A DNA stretch of 64,000 nt from the NCBI RefSeq assembly GCF_009914755.1, contig NC_060941.1. The stretch is one strand, 5' to 3'. Each line of letters begins with the position of its first letter. The first letter of the stretch is position 1. This stretch comes from the human T2T-CHM13v2.0 reference genome, Homo sapiens. Shown one piece after another: positions 38,553 to 56,361 of this stretch. The notes beneath the pieces were generated by a model, which saw only the letters and a program-made list of their open reading frames with translations, did not search any database and was not told the DNA's origin. The position numbers and the translations under genes were made by a program.

Positions 38553-39243
38553 GTGTCAGCCACATATAGTAACAGCTATATTGCTTAAACGTTGGTTCTT
38601 ACACCTTTATTTTTCTTTATTTTCTTCTTTTATTGTCCCGATCACACCTCCTGAACACGGTGTGTCTGGTTCTGATTCCAGGGAAAAGGTTTCAGTGATC
38701 CTGTATTCCTTATGTAGTTTGCTATAATTTCATTTTAGACAAACTTAATCAGATTAAGGAAGCTGCCTTCTTTTACATACGCTAAGAGTTATTTATGACT
38801 AATTGTTGAATTTGAATAAATGCTTTTTTAACATAAACTGTAAATCATATGTTTTTCTCCTATTTTTCTGAAAATAGGATATTTTACATGAACTATTTTT
38901 GGATGTTAACCAATCCTGCATTTTTTAGTATATCCCACTTGGTAACCATGTGTTACATTTCCATATGTGGTTTAATTCATATGATTTTTTTTTTTAGAAT
39001 ATTTGTATTTCTGTTAATGAAAGAGAGGGCCTATATTTTTTTTTCTAATGTCGTCTTCAGATTGTGGTGTCAACGTAATGCTGGCTTCACAAAACCAACT
39101 GAAAAATATTTCCTGTATTTCTTCTCTTTGGAAGAGTCTGAGAAATTTAGGTGTTTTCTGCCTTAAATATTTGGAATATTTCTTTAGGTATGGAATTTTC
39201 CATGTGGAACAGTATTTTTGTTGGCTGGTTTGACTTCTAATAA

Positions 39244-39748
<505 letters not shown>

Positions 39749-39832
39749 TAGGAAGTTTATTTTTCAATGTGATGTTATTTGAATTTCTGTTGTCAAACTT
39801 GTAGTCCTAAGTATTTCACAGAACCCTCCTAG

Positions 39833-40257
<425 letters not shown>

Positions 40258-40499
40258 CTGTAAACCAACTTTTATCCTGGATTTGTTTCTGTTGCATTTT
40301 TTTCCTATTTCATTGATGTCTGCTCTTTATTACTTTAACGCTGCATTCTTTCATTTTGATCGTTTTTAATTCTTGAGAAGGGAGTTTATGTGATTGATTG
40401 TCAATCTTGTTCTCTATTCTAACAATTTCCTTTGAGGCGTAAATTTCTCTCTAAGCAGGGATTTATCTGGCAGCCCACATTTTCTGTCAGGTGTTTCCA

Positions 40500-41553
40500 A
40501 ACCCTGTGTCTGCAGCCGCGTTGACCTCCCAGTGTCTCCACCCTGTATCGCCTACAGCCATGTCAGGCCTTGTGTGTCTCCATCCTTGTGCCTGAAGCCT
40601 GTATCTTCTCACCAGTATCACCATCCCGTAATGACTGAAGCCCACGTCTGCCCTTGTGTATTGTCACCTGGTCTGTCCTCTGCCTGCACTTTATGCCCCC
40701 TGTCAGAAGTCTCCATTTCTTGCTCCTGCAGCGCGTGCCAGCTGTGTGAGTCTCCATCCTGTGTGCTTGCAGCACATTGCTTGCCTTGAATGTTGCCATC
40801 TCCTTAGCCTTCAGGCAGTAGCAGTCCTCCAGTGCCTCAATCCCTGTGTTTGCAGCCCATTCTGATGTTTTTGTCTGTCTGTCCCCTGAGCTTCTGCCCA
40901 TGCCAGCTTATGTTTGCTACATTCTCTGTCCCCCTAATCCATGTCCACAGTCAGTGTTTTCATCCATGCTTTTTGGGCCATGTCTGCACTTGTGTGTCTC
41001 CTTCCCCTGTGCCTTCAGCCCATTTCTGTCCTTTTTCTGGATCATTTCTCCCAGGAGACTATGCCCAAAACTCCTATCCCCAGTGTTTGTACCTGCAGCC
41101 AGTCTCTTTCGTGGAGTACCTCCGTCTGTTGTTACTGCAGCAGAGGCCTGTCATTGAGTGTGCCTGCTTCCCATGCCTGTCTTCCTGTGTCTCCAGCCCT
41201 TGTCCATGCAGTCCACATTAGGACTCTTGTGACTCCACCCTTCAGCCTACAGCCACATCTACCTTCGGGTGTCTTTATCTCTGTGCCCCCTGCCCACGCC
41301 AACCTTCACCTACTCCTCTGTCCTGCACCTGTACCCATGTCTGTCCCTGGTGTGCCTCTCTGCCATGCAGCTGTAGCCAGCGAGCTCCCTTTTTGTCTGG
41401 ATCCCCTGTGACTGTAGCCCAGGTCTTCTCTCCTGTGACTGCAGCCCATGTCTGCCCTTGAATGTCCCCATCCTCTGTGCTTGTCACCCGTCGGCCAGGC
41501 CTAGCATGTTTCCACTCTGTGCCTACACCCATGTCTGCCTGCAGGGTCTCCAT
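40500..41553. repeat. Degenerate ~40-bp minisatellite (consensus about TGTGTCTCCATCCCTGTGCCTGCAGCCCATGTCTGCCCT)
   Basis: Recurrent tgtctcc / ctgtg(c/t)ctgcagccc / atgtctgccct words at about 40-bp spacing. Confidence 0.75.
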
Positions 41554-42467
41554 TCATGGTGCCACAGTTTGGTTCCCGGTCCCTATCCTCCTGGGGTGGA
41601 TTCTGGCATTGTGTTGGGAGGGAGAAGGTGACCCATGAAAGGGAAGCCTGGAACGATGTAATGGGCAAGGAGGCTGCCATTCAGCAGGCTGCACAGTGGC
41701 AGAGAAGACATGGACAGTCAGAATCCTCCCTGCATCGGGGCACTCACGTGGGGCTGTGCCTGATGTGGGGAGTAAGGGGAAGCTGGAGCAGGAGGTCTGG
41801 AGCCACCTGGCCCTCTTGGGCCTGAGACCTCCCCACTGCAGGGGCTCCATCACTTCCCTGGTGGTCCTGCCTCCTGGGATCCTGCCCTGCAGTGTTTCTG
41901 CAGGGATCCTGTCACCTGGAACTTGCAGTGGCGGGTTTTGTGTGAGGTAGAGTTTAGCAAACGTTTATCGGCTTCTATGCCTTACTTTTCTTCATATGCT
42001 TTGTTCATTTTGTGCGTGTTTTTGTAGGGTCCTTTTTTTAATATTGATTTGAAGGATTTATCTTAAATCTGCAAATTGATCCTTTATTGGCTCATTTTTG
42101 TCATAGATACTTGTTCTCTAGTTTGATCATTATTTTCTACTGGTTTCATACTAGTATATAGTAATCTGGTTGATAACAATAATGTATCCAGTAAGTTATT
42201 AATTGTAACAGTTTTGGGGTTTTCAGGGATTGTCTAGGCATGTAATAGTGTCATATACACATATGACAATTTTTTTGGTTTAAAAATTAATCCTAATACC
42301 TTTCTATTTCTTACTGTATTGTTTCTCCACTACAATGCTGATTAAAGAGTGATAGCAGGCATCTTTATCTTGTCCTGCACTGGTGGAAAAAGCTTCCCAT
42401 AATTCTCTGTTAATTATGTTATATGTTATTGGCTAGTATTAGACTTTATCAGATTTCATCAAATTAA

Positions 42468-43097
<630 letters not shown>

Positions 43098-43346
43098 CAT
43101 CCTCTTTTTATGTTTTACTCAAGTTTTTTTGTGTGTGTTTGTGGCTCAGTTTTAAATTTTATTAAATGCTTTAAAAAACTTTTCAGCTGAATGATCTTAC
43201 TATTTTCTCCTGTATTTTTCTGCTAATGGGATGACTTACATGATTTATTTTGAATGGTAAGGACCTTGCATTTTGGTGTATATTCCATTTAGTATTGATC
43301 TAGTATGTTTTCATAGGTGGCTTCATTCATATAATATTTTGCTTAG

Positions 43347-43685
<339 letters not shown>

Positions 43686-44404
43686 CCAGCTCTGTTTATT
43701 AAAAAGGAGATACACACTGTTTATGAAAGAGGTGACATAATTTTATTCATTTGTGTTCCATAATGTGTCCTGGTCCAATTGTGTCCTCAATGTAATGCCA
43801 GCTACACAAAAAATTTTTTAAATATTATCTTTATTTTCATTTTAGTGTTTTTCTTTGTATGGACTATTCCATAATTATGAGCTGGGAGTTTTACTTCTGG
43901 AACATTTTTGTTTGTTGGTTTGATTTTTTTTTCCAAGAATTTATTCAATTTGTTTAGTAGACTAGGAGTTTTTCTATTTCATGTTATGTTTGGGTCAGTT
44001 TGGGTAAGTTGGTTTTTTAAATGTGGTGCATTTTGTTCTCTGTTGAATTTTTAGACCCTCATATTTCACAAAGTCCTCTTAAGTTCTTGTTAAGGTCCAC
44101 AGGCTCAGTGAAGAATGTGTCTGTGTTGATTTCTGATATTGATGGTTTGTGTTAACTTCTCTTTTTCCTAATCACATTGACTAATGGTTTATTGATGTTA
44201 TTTGTTGATTTGTTTTTGTTGTGCTTTATTTTTTATTTATTGATGTCTGCTGTTATGTTTTTTATTGCCTTTATTCGGTATACTTCCAGTTTGATTGTTC
44301 CTTAGCTTTGATCCCTGAGAAGGGAGCTGAGATGATTGATTTTCAGTCTGTCTTTTCTGACATCCTCACTTAGGGTGTATGTTTCCACTAAGCTCTGATC
44401 TAAG

Positions 44405-44985
44405 CATCTCCTGTATGCACTCAGCTGTTTCCAACCCCTGTGCCTGCAGCACTGTCTGTCTCCCAATGTCTTCATCCCTGTGTCCCTGCACACATGCCAT
44501 GCTTTGTGCATCTCCATCCCAGTGCCTGATCTGCAGGTTCTCTCCATGTCTGCCCTTGTGTGTTGTCAGGTTTTGCCGTCCTCTCAGCCTGCAGTACAGA
44601 TCTTGCCTAGATTGTCTCCTTCCCCTGCGCCTGCCTCCCATGCCAGTCTTCATTTGTCTTTGGTCCCTCTGCATGTAGCCCATGTCTTCCCTCATTTGTA
44701 TCCATTCCTTGTCCATGTGGCCCATGTCAGGATACCTGGGTCTTCACTCATCACCTAGAGGTCCATATCCATCCTCAAGTGTCTTCATTCCCCAGCTGCC
44801 CTGTGCCTGCAGGCATATCTGTCCTCAAGTGCTGCCATACCATGTGCCTGTGGTCAGTGTCTTCCTTTTGTATCTGAAATCCTTGTGGCTGCAGTGCTGC
44901 CTTCTCATGTGTCTGTCCCCATTTCCTCTGCTGCACCCTAAAGGTCTCATGTGTCTCCATCACCTGTTCCTGCCTTGGGTTACAA
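44405..44985. repeat. Second copy of the degenerate ~40-bp minisatellite
   Basis: ccctgtgcctgcagc, tctccatcccagtgcctg, catgtctgcccttgtg words. Confidence 0.7.
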
Positions 44986-45592
44986 GTGACACAGTTTGGT
45001 TGTGTGTTCACTGAAGGATGATTTGATTCCTTCCAGGTTTTCGTCATTGTGAATAAAGCTGCTGTGTGTATTTTCTTATTGGTTTGTGTGTGGATGTGTT
45101 TTCACACCAGTTGGGTAGATGTGTAGGGGCACGGTTGCTGCACACTATGTGATGCTGCAGTTTCCTTTGCAATAACATGCCGTGCTATCTTGTGAAGTGG
45201 CTATGCCATTATGCAGTCTCCCCAGTAATGAAGGAGAGTTCCTGTTCTGTATCCTCGCCAAGGATTGGTAGTGCTGGCTTTTGCTTGTTTGTTGTTTATA
45301 GAACTGTCCTAATCGATGTATAGGCTGTCTATCTCATTGCTGTTTGAATTTGCTTTCCGTAGCGTACAGTGCATTACTTTTTTCTCCTAATTCCCTAGTG
45401 TTCACCATGTCTTTATATGCTGATTTTCCATCAGAATATTTACTATTGGGAGGTATTGCTACATATATTTGTCCATTTGTTAAATGTAGTTTATTTTCTT
45501 ACTTTCGAATTTTGCAAGTTCTTGGTATATTTTGCATGCAAGTTCTTCTTCAGATAGGTGTTTTGTAAATACTTTCTTTAAAGATAAGTCTG

Positions 45593-47388
45593 GCAAGGAT
45601 CCCCTCTCTCCCTACTCCTATTTAACATAGCATTGGAAGTACTGGCCAGGGCAATCAGGCAAAACAAAGAAATAAAGGGTATTCAAATAGGAAGAGAGGA
45701 AGTCAGATTGTCTCTGTTTGCAGATGACATGATTCTGTATTTAGAAAACCCCATCATCTCAGCCCCAAAACTCCCTAAGCTGATAAGCAACTTCAGCAAA
45801 GTCTCAGGATACAAAATCAATGTGTAGCAATCACAGGCATTCCTATACACCAGTAATAGACAAGCGGACAGCCAAATCATGAATGGACTCCCATTCACAA
45901 TTGCTACAAAGAGAATAAAATACCCAGGAATACAACTTACAAGGGACTTGAAGGACCTCCTCAACGAGAACTACAAACCACTGCTCGAGGAAATAAGAGA
46001 AGACACAAGCAAATGGAAAAACATTCCATCCTCATAGATAGGAAGAATCAATATCGTGAAACTGGTCATACTTAGGTCATAAATTCAAAGTAATTTATGG
46101 ATTCAGTGCTATGCCCATCAAACTACCATTGCCATTCTTCACGGTATTAGAAAAAAACTACTTTAAATTTCATATGGAACCAAAAAAGAGCCTGTATAGC
46201 CAAGACAGTCCTAAGCAAAAACAACAAAGCCAGAGGCATCATGCTACCTGACTTCAAACTATACTACGAGGCTACAGTAGCCAAAACAGCATGATACTGG
46301 TACCAAAACAGAGGTATAGACGAATGGAACAGAACAGAAACCTCAGAAATAACAAGACACATCTACAACCATCTGATCTTCAACAAACTTGGCAAAAACA
46401 AGCAATGGGGAAAGGATTCCCTCTGTAATAAATGGTGCTGGGAAAACTGGCTAGCCATATGCAGAAAACTGAAACTGGACCCCTTCCTTACACCTTATAA
46501 AAAAATTAACTCAAGATGGATTAAAGATTTAAATGTAAAACCCCAAACCACAAAAACCCTAGAAGAAAACCTAGGCAATACCATTCAGGACATAGGCATG
46601 GGCAAAGACTTCATGACTAAAACACCAAAAGCAATTTCCACAAAAGCCAAAATTGACAAATGGGATCCAATTAAACTAAAGAGCTTCTGCACGGCAAAAG
46701 AAACTACCATCAGAGTGAACAGGCAACCTACAGAATGGGAGAAAATTTTTGCAGTCCATTCATCTGACAAAGGTCTAATTTCCAGACTCTACAAGGAACT
46801 TAAACAAATTTACAAGACAAAACAATGCCGTCAAAAAGTGGGCAGAGGATATGAACAGACACTTCTCAAAAGAAGACATTTATGTGGTCAAAAAATATAT
46901 GAGAAAAAGCTCAACATCACTGATCATTAGAGAAATGCACATCAGAACCACAGTGAGATACCATCTCACACCAGTCAGAATGACAATTATTAAAAAGTCA
47001 AGAAACAATAGATGCTGATGAGGCTGTGGAGAAATAGGAACGCTTTTACACTGTTGGTGGGAGTGTAAATTAGTTCAACCATTGTGGAAGACAGTGTGGT
47101 GATTCCTCAAGGTTCTAGAACCAGAAACACCATTTGACCCAACAATCTCATTACTGGGTATATACCCAAAGGAATGTAAATCATTCTACTATAAAGACAC
47201 ATGTACACATATGTTTATTACAGCACTATTTACAACAGCAAAGACATAGAACTAACCCAAATGCCCATCAATGATAGACTGGATAAAGAAAATGTGGTAC
47301 ATATACACCATGGAATACTATGCAGCCATAAAAAAGGATGAGTTCATGTCCTTTGCAGGGACATGGATGAAGCTAGAAACCATCATCC
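45593..47388 (+). mobile_element. L1PA-type LINE-1, ORF2 RT to C-terminus, truncated at both ends
   Basis: [37 protein letters not shown] and [21 protein letters not shown] peptides; interrupted frames. Confidence 0.95.
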
Positions 47389-47447
47389 TTGTTTGGGGGG
47401 TGAGATTTATTGGCTCTGTAAGCAGAACATGAACTTTTGCCCATTTA

Positions 47448-47779
<332 letters not shown>

Positions 47780-48365
47780 TCATTATCTTCCTTATTGCTT
47801 TTAAGAGTTCTTTATGTATTCTTGATATAAGTCCCTTGTCATTAATTGTGTGGCAAATACCTTCATCCAGTGTGCCTTAAATGTTCTTCTTTTGATGAAC
47901 AAAGTTCTTAAGTCTAATTCATCAATCTTTTCTCTAACGGTTAATGCTTTTTGTATTCTGTGTAAGACATTGTTTATTCCAAGATCATGAAGATACTGTC
48001 GTATGTTTTCCTGCAGAAGCTTTATTGTTGTATCTTTCACACTAAATAGAAACCCTCTTTAAAATCACCAACTCCTACTGCATTCTTAAAATATTTTGCT
48101 AAACTTTTCGAAGATTCTGGCACCACAACACTCGCTTCCCAGCCTCAAACCTTTTGGGGAGGTGGGGACAGAGAAAGAAAGAAGCTGGCAGGGAAAACCC
48201 AGCCTCAGCCAAGACCTAGCCCAGATAGTAAATTAGCAGGGCTGGGAGTCTCCATCATATCAGCAGTCACATGTCTTAAAACCAGAATCTACCAAGATTA
48301 TATATATATCTTGTATCTGCCACTGCCATTACCTTCTTTTCATTTTATGTCAAAAAAAGAAAAAG

Positions 48366-48497
48366 AATCCCAGCACTGAGGCAGGAGGATTGCTTGAGCC
48401 CAGGAGTTTAAGTCTGCAGTGAGCTGTGATAGCACCACTCCACTCCAGCCTGGGTGACAGAGGGAGACCCTGTCTGAAAAGAAGAAAAGAAAAGAAA
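48366..48497 (+). mobile_element. Alu monomer (FRAM/FLAM-like)
   Basis: ggaggattgcttgagcccaggag...gaccctgtct. Confidence 0.8.
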
Positions 48498-48997
48498 ACC
48501 TGTCGTGTTACTGACCAGTAATAGGGGCTCCCAAAGTATAAACTCACCTCAGACCCCTGTTTGTTCTTCCTGCTACCTGTCCATTCTGCCTCCGCCCCGT
48601 TCCGAGGCTGGACCATACCATGAAGGAAGGCCCCTTGGTTACAGCCTCCCCAGCCCGTCAGCCATGCTGCCAAGAATACTGGAAAGAATAAAAAGCTAGA
48701 GGGAGGCGGCTGCCTGCAAGAGGTTTAGCATAAAGGAAATAGGAATGGTAACAGGAAATTGAAGAAAACAGTTAAAAAGAGCATTCATTCAAGAATGACC
48801 CCACTGATGCCACCTGTGCTGTCCCCCACCTGACAGAAATGGACCGAGGCAGCTGCCAGAGTGGATATGCAAAGGCAATTCACGTGTTCATTAGTGCCCT
48901 TTTATGATGTAACCTAGTCATAATGAGATTGCGGGGAAGAGATAGAAAATAAGATGTTTCCAATCTTGATCATAAGAATAGTATTTCCTGCTGGCGT

Positions 48998-49000
<3 letters not shown>

Positions 49001-49040
<40 letters not shown>
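49001..49040. repeat. (TG)20 microsatellite
   Basis: Perfect TG run. Confidence 0.97.
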
Positions 49041-49043
<3 letters not shown>

Positions 49044-49404
49044 ATTTTGGATTAGCTTTCAAAATATTTTACATTTGATGAAACCCAAAACTCATTTTGC
49101 CTGGAGTAATTTTTATTCATTGTTAAATCTCTGTAAAATTAGAAATATAAATATGTGTCTGGTTTATTTACTCTTCACAAAATATGGTGTCTAGACCTGT
49201 TTGTTTATGATGCCTCTTAGGCTCGTTCTCTCTGAGTTAGGAAGCCAAAAAAAAGTGGTAAAAGTCAGATGGTTCATAGTCTTTTTGAAAACCAGTAGCC
49301 ATGTGCATTTTACTTAAAATGACTTTCTTTTTACCTCACCAAAGTACAGCATGATAGGTTATGTTCAATCCCTGTCGCTCTCCGTGTGTGTGTACATATG
49401 TATG

Positions 49405-51320
<1,916 letters not shown>

Positions 51321-53345
51321 TCCTTCCATATATTAATCCAATAATGAACTTGTGTTCAGGGACCTGTTCAGCTCCAGTTAATATTGTAGGTGCTGGGGAT
51401 TCCACAGTGAATGAAACAGGCAACAGTCCCTGCTCTCATGGAACTTACATTGTCATTGGGTCTGGCAGTTAACTGAAATAGAAGGTAACATATGTACCAT
51501 ATTTGAAGGGGATATTACTGTGGAGAGAAATAAAGCAGGGAAGGAGGATTGGGAATGTTGGGTGAATGGTGCAGTATATATACAGTAGTCAGGGAGGTGA
51601 CATTCGAGCACTTGCACCTCTTCCCTGAAGGGCTTTGGTGTCTGCATGAAGGTTTATTTCCCACCAAGGACTAGGTGTGGAAGGTCAAAGTAAGGAGGTC
51701 ATCACTGCCGTGACTGTGCCAATAGGAGCTGAAGTGACACAATGGTGGTCGCCTCAGGTCAGCAGCACTGGGAAGTGAGCATCGCAGCCAGACCCACCTG
51801 CAGAGCCCTGGGCCAGCTGCCTGACATCTTGAGTGGCCCAGAATTGAGACCCAGTAAAAGCACATGAGTCTGCTCTCACTATCAAGTGAGGCCCACACTG
51901 AGCTCAAAATGGTGCTCCTAGGAGACCCTTCCACACATTCTGCTCAACTCAGACATCCTGGGGTCTTTTTGGAATAAGTCACTCCCAAGAAGGCCCTGCA
52001 AATTACTCTCAGTCCTCAAATTTCATGCTCCTGATGCGTGTTAGCTCTTTTCCAAGCCAAGGGCAGCCCTGACCCATGGAACCCCTATACCTCCTTTTCT
52101 TTCATCTAAGAGTCTACTCTGAGCTCCTGGTTTTGTGTTACGATGGGGAAATCTCCATCTCTAATGTACTTTCCAGTAAGAATTCTGGAGGGACAGGAAG
52201 CCAAGAGGGTGAATGTGACAGATAGAATTCTAAGGATAATCTCCATGACTCTCCCCAGAATAATGTCCTTCCCTTTATATGACACAGGGAGGTGGTCTGG
52301 ATGTGCCCCACCTGATCACAGAGCCCTGTAAAAGCCAAGAGGTGTAAAGCATGAGAAGGACTCTGAATGTTCTTGGTGGCTTGAAGAGGGAGGGGCACAT
52401 GAGAAGGAGCTGAGAAGGGCCCGGGCCCCTGGCTGACAGTCACCAATGCTTTAGTGCTAGAAAGTCCCTAGCCATGCCCAGAAATTGTCATGTGGGTGCT
52501 CTGCAGTTCTGAGGTTGACACCTGCAAATGTGGTGCCACCAGGTCCTTTGTCTCCGTCTCTGTCCTGATGCCCTCAGACCTCAGCCAGGCCAAGGATGCT
52601 GTTTGCTTTGCCTCTGCCTTCCTTCAGCCGGGGGATCTTGGCCTGGAAGTCACTCTGATGAATGTGTGGAATTCAGCTCTAAGTCTCTCCTGCATCCTCT
52701 GTCACCTCCCAAGAAGCATGATGAGGCACAGCCACCCCACACCTTCATGGGTGGCACCTTGGCTGTGGTCCTTGGGTCCTGCCATGCCATGGACCCTTGG
52801 ACACTGGTGAATCAGGCAAGGGCATGGGTAGAGAGTCCCTGCATCTCACCTGGATCTCAAAAGCTGGAATCCGTAACCCTTAGCAAGTTGTGATGGGACG
52901 AGTTTAAGAGTTTTAAAGGCTGCTGTTTTCATGTTTGAAACTACAATATTAGAGCAGTATTGTAGTATTAGAGTCAGCAGCTCTGTGAGGTGGTGAGAAC
53001 CCCAGCCCTGGAGGTGTGCAACCAGGAGGGGAGGTGGGGCACAACAAGAGCATCCTGTAGTGACTGTAGGCTTGCTTGTTTCTACAGACAGAAAGTTCCT
53101 AGCAGTGGGATTTGTTTGTTACCTCTTTCTTAGAAATCCACCTGCCAGAGCCCAGCTGTTGTTTTGCTACTGTTCATTGACACAAGCAATGAAATTTAAA
53201 AGTTACAAATAGCACTAAAGGCCCCTTTGACGGTCACCCCCAGTTCTGTCCCACCCAGTGGTAGCCAGTGTCATCATGCATGTCCTTGCAGGCTTCTTAT
53301 GCTTCACAGTCACGTGTGCATGATCACGAACGACACAGCACTGTA

Positions 53346-53395
53346 GTGTATGTGTGTGCGAGTGTGTGTGTGTGAGTGTGTGTGTGTATGTGTGA
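53346..53395. repeat. Imperfect (TG)n microsatellite
   Basis: Interrupted TG run. Confidence 0.85.
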
Positions 53396-53412
53396 TGTTT
53401 GGTTTATCATAC

Positions 53413-54062
53413 TGAGGCAGGAGAATAGGGTCTGGAGGCAGAGAACTTAAAGCCAACTCATGCTGAATTCCTAAAGGTGAATCAAGGGAAACCACCAAGG
53501 TCTGGGGGCAGGGAACCTGGGGTCAATTCATGCTGACTCCCTAAAGAGAGAACAGCTGGATCTGGGGGCAAGGAACCTAAGGCCAATTAATGCGACCTTC
53601 CTAAAGCTACCACCCCCCCACACAAACCATTCTCCCCACACCCAAGTGGCAAAGGATCAAAGGCTCCTCTCCTATAGCCCTCCCCTTCCACCACGTCTCA
53701 GATGGAAAGGGAGAGTGCCCTGGATTGGCCAGGGCCAAGCACGAGCCATCCCTTCCTCAGCATAGGGCACCAGTTTGCCCCAGCCTTTAGTTAGCCACGA
53801 CCAAATCCTTCATCCAGGTAAGGGTTAGCCTATAGGGTCCTCAAAAGGAGTACTTAAAACCCAGAAAACTTTGTAACCAGGCCCTTGAGCCCGTTGCTCG
53901 GGCCCACTCCCACCCTGTGGAGTGCTTTCTGGCTTTAATAAATCCCTGCTTTCCTGCTTCCTTCCTGTGTTTAATTTCTTTGTTACTTTGTGTGTTTCGT
54001 TCAATTCTTTGTTCAAAACGGCAAGGACCTGGACAACTCACGCTCCCTTCCTTCCAGTAACA
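53413..54062 (+). mobile_element. MER61/MER51-group ERV1 solo LTR, full length
   Basis: TGAGGCAGGAGAATAGGGTCTGGAGGCAG start, three internal tctgg(a/g)ggca..gaac repeats, AATAAA at ~53937, ends gtaaCA; 4-bp flanks atac/gtac. Confidence 0.8.
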
Positions 54063-56050
54063 GTACTGTAAGACTCACGCTATAAACTACTTTTATTCAC
54101 TCAATATCTGTCCCGAGAGCTTCCACATCTGTCTCACGCTCTTAATTGTAGCATAGATTCCTGGCTCTGCCCCGTGCACCCTGCTTATTCAGGCATCCTC
54201 TGCTGCATGAACATTTACATTGTTTCCTGTTTCTCGCTGTCATCAGGAGGCTCATGGAGGAGGAGAATTTCTGGGGGGTGGGTTAGGTGTGTGTTGTACA
54301 TTTAACTGACCCTGGCTGGTTACTCTCCAGAACGCTGCTGCCAGCTCCCTCCCTCCAGTGGGCCCTGAGTTCATGCTTCTGTAGATCACCCCCCTGCCCT
54401 TGATGTTACCAACTTTAAAACTTTGCAACCTGATGGCTGAAAGTTAGTTTTCCATTGTTCAGTTGTGTTTTTCTGATTTTTGGGAGACTGGACATTTCCT
54501 GTGTTTGCTGACCATCTGCTTCTCCTCTCCTGCTCTGTGCACCATCACCCTGCTCCAGCTGCTTCCTGGAGCCTCCCTCCTTCCTCTCCACCTGCTCACA
54601 TCCTCCTCGTCCTTCAGTTTCTTCCCAAGGGCCCATGGACTTTCTTTGGCTTTTACGTTCCTCTCACTCCGCCTTTGGCTGTTGCTGGGCTTCCCATCCC
54701 CTGGGAAGTTTCAGAGGATCGGGAAGACACAGGAGTGCAGTCGCCATGCGGTGCAATACGGGCCATAGTATTCATCCTCCACGGCCTTTATTGAGGACTT
54801 ACTGTGTACCAAGAACCTGCTCTAAGAACGTAACTGTGCTCCCTCACTTCATGCTCATAACCACCTGTGAGATGGGCAATGTTCTCATCCCCTTTTATGC
54901 AGAGGGACAGAGAGGAGTAGAGGCACAGAGGAGTTCCATAAATTGTCACCAAGGCCTTCCACTGGTGTGCGGCAGGGTCAAGATTGAAACCCAGGCTGTC
55001 CAGGCCTAGGGTTCAGCCTTTCCAGTGCTCTGCTAGGTGTTGGACAGGGCCAACGAGACACAGAGAAAGAGCATCACCTGACTTGGGCTGGGTCAGAGAT
55101 GGCTTCCTGGAGGAGGTGACAGCTCAACAGAGCCTTGAAGGAGGATCAGGAGGAGCTGACTAGGCAATGAATAGAATAAGTATGTCCAGGAAAAGGGAAG
55201 GGCCTTCTCAGTGATGCTGGGAGGCTGGAGAGCTGTCCTGGCCCAGGATGTGTGCCCGGGGGGCAGGAGATCAGGCCCAAGGGGTGGCCAGGGCCGGATC
55301 TAGAAGACTTGGGCCATCCCACAGTCGATACCTGATCCCAAGGCCAGGCAGGCCTTCCACTGCTCTGTGCGCACTGGTGGGCAGTGCCCCCATGGGACCC
55401 CAGGAGCCTGGACCCCAGCCACTCACCTGGGCTCCTGAGACCCAAGGCGCAGGCACGGGGGTGGGAGGGGGTGCGGCTAATTTACATCTTAACAGGTCAA
55501 GGGGAAAACTGCACGTCTCACTGTGCAGATGGAACCCACCGCTGGATGGACCTAGGACACAGCCTGGATTCACAGCCTTTCCCTGCTGCTGTGTCCCCAC
55601 ACCCCAGGCAGGGAGCGAATCTGTTCTCTGATCTTCTTTTGTGTCCAGTTAACCATGTCCCCAGATACGGACCTGATCAGGAGCTCAAGTACATAAACTT
55701 TCTGAGAATTGAACAAAGCGGTGACCAAAGGCTGCCTCGACACAGGATGATGTTGCTTAGAGCCCTGGGACCACGAGTCAGGACCAGCCGGAATTGTGAC
55801 CTGGTGCTGGCAGAGGCTGTCTGGTGCTGCAGAATCAGCCCTGGCCAGTTGTTCCCTGACGCACACTGGGACTTTGGCTGAGACACTTCCCGTCAGCTGT
55901 AAAACAAAGAAGACTGTCTTTCCTATTAGATATGCCTCAAAAACACAAAAGTGCTTTGAACCTGCCAGACTTCCTCTTGAAGAGTCACAAGCACACAAGA
56001 GAAGGCTCTGAGAAAGAAGGCCTGCAGTTTAAAAAAAAATACTTTGGCTT

Positions 56051-56361
<311 letters not shown>

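Noticed and set aside
40532-41553. Cys-rich ORFs resembling keratin-associated proteins
   Set aside because: Artefact of the TG/CT-rich minisatellite; frames are short and inconsistent.
53413-54062. p53 response element in MER61-like LTR
   Set aside because: No paired RRRCWWGYYY half-sites visible.
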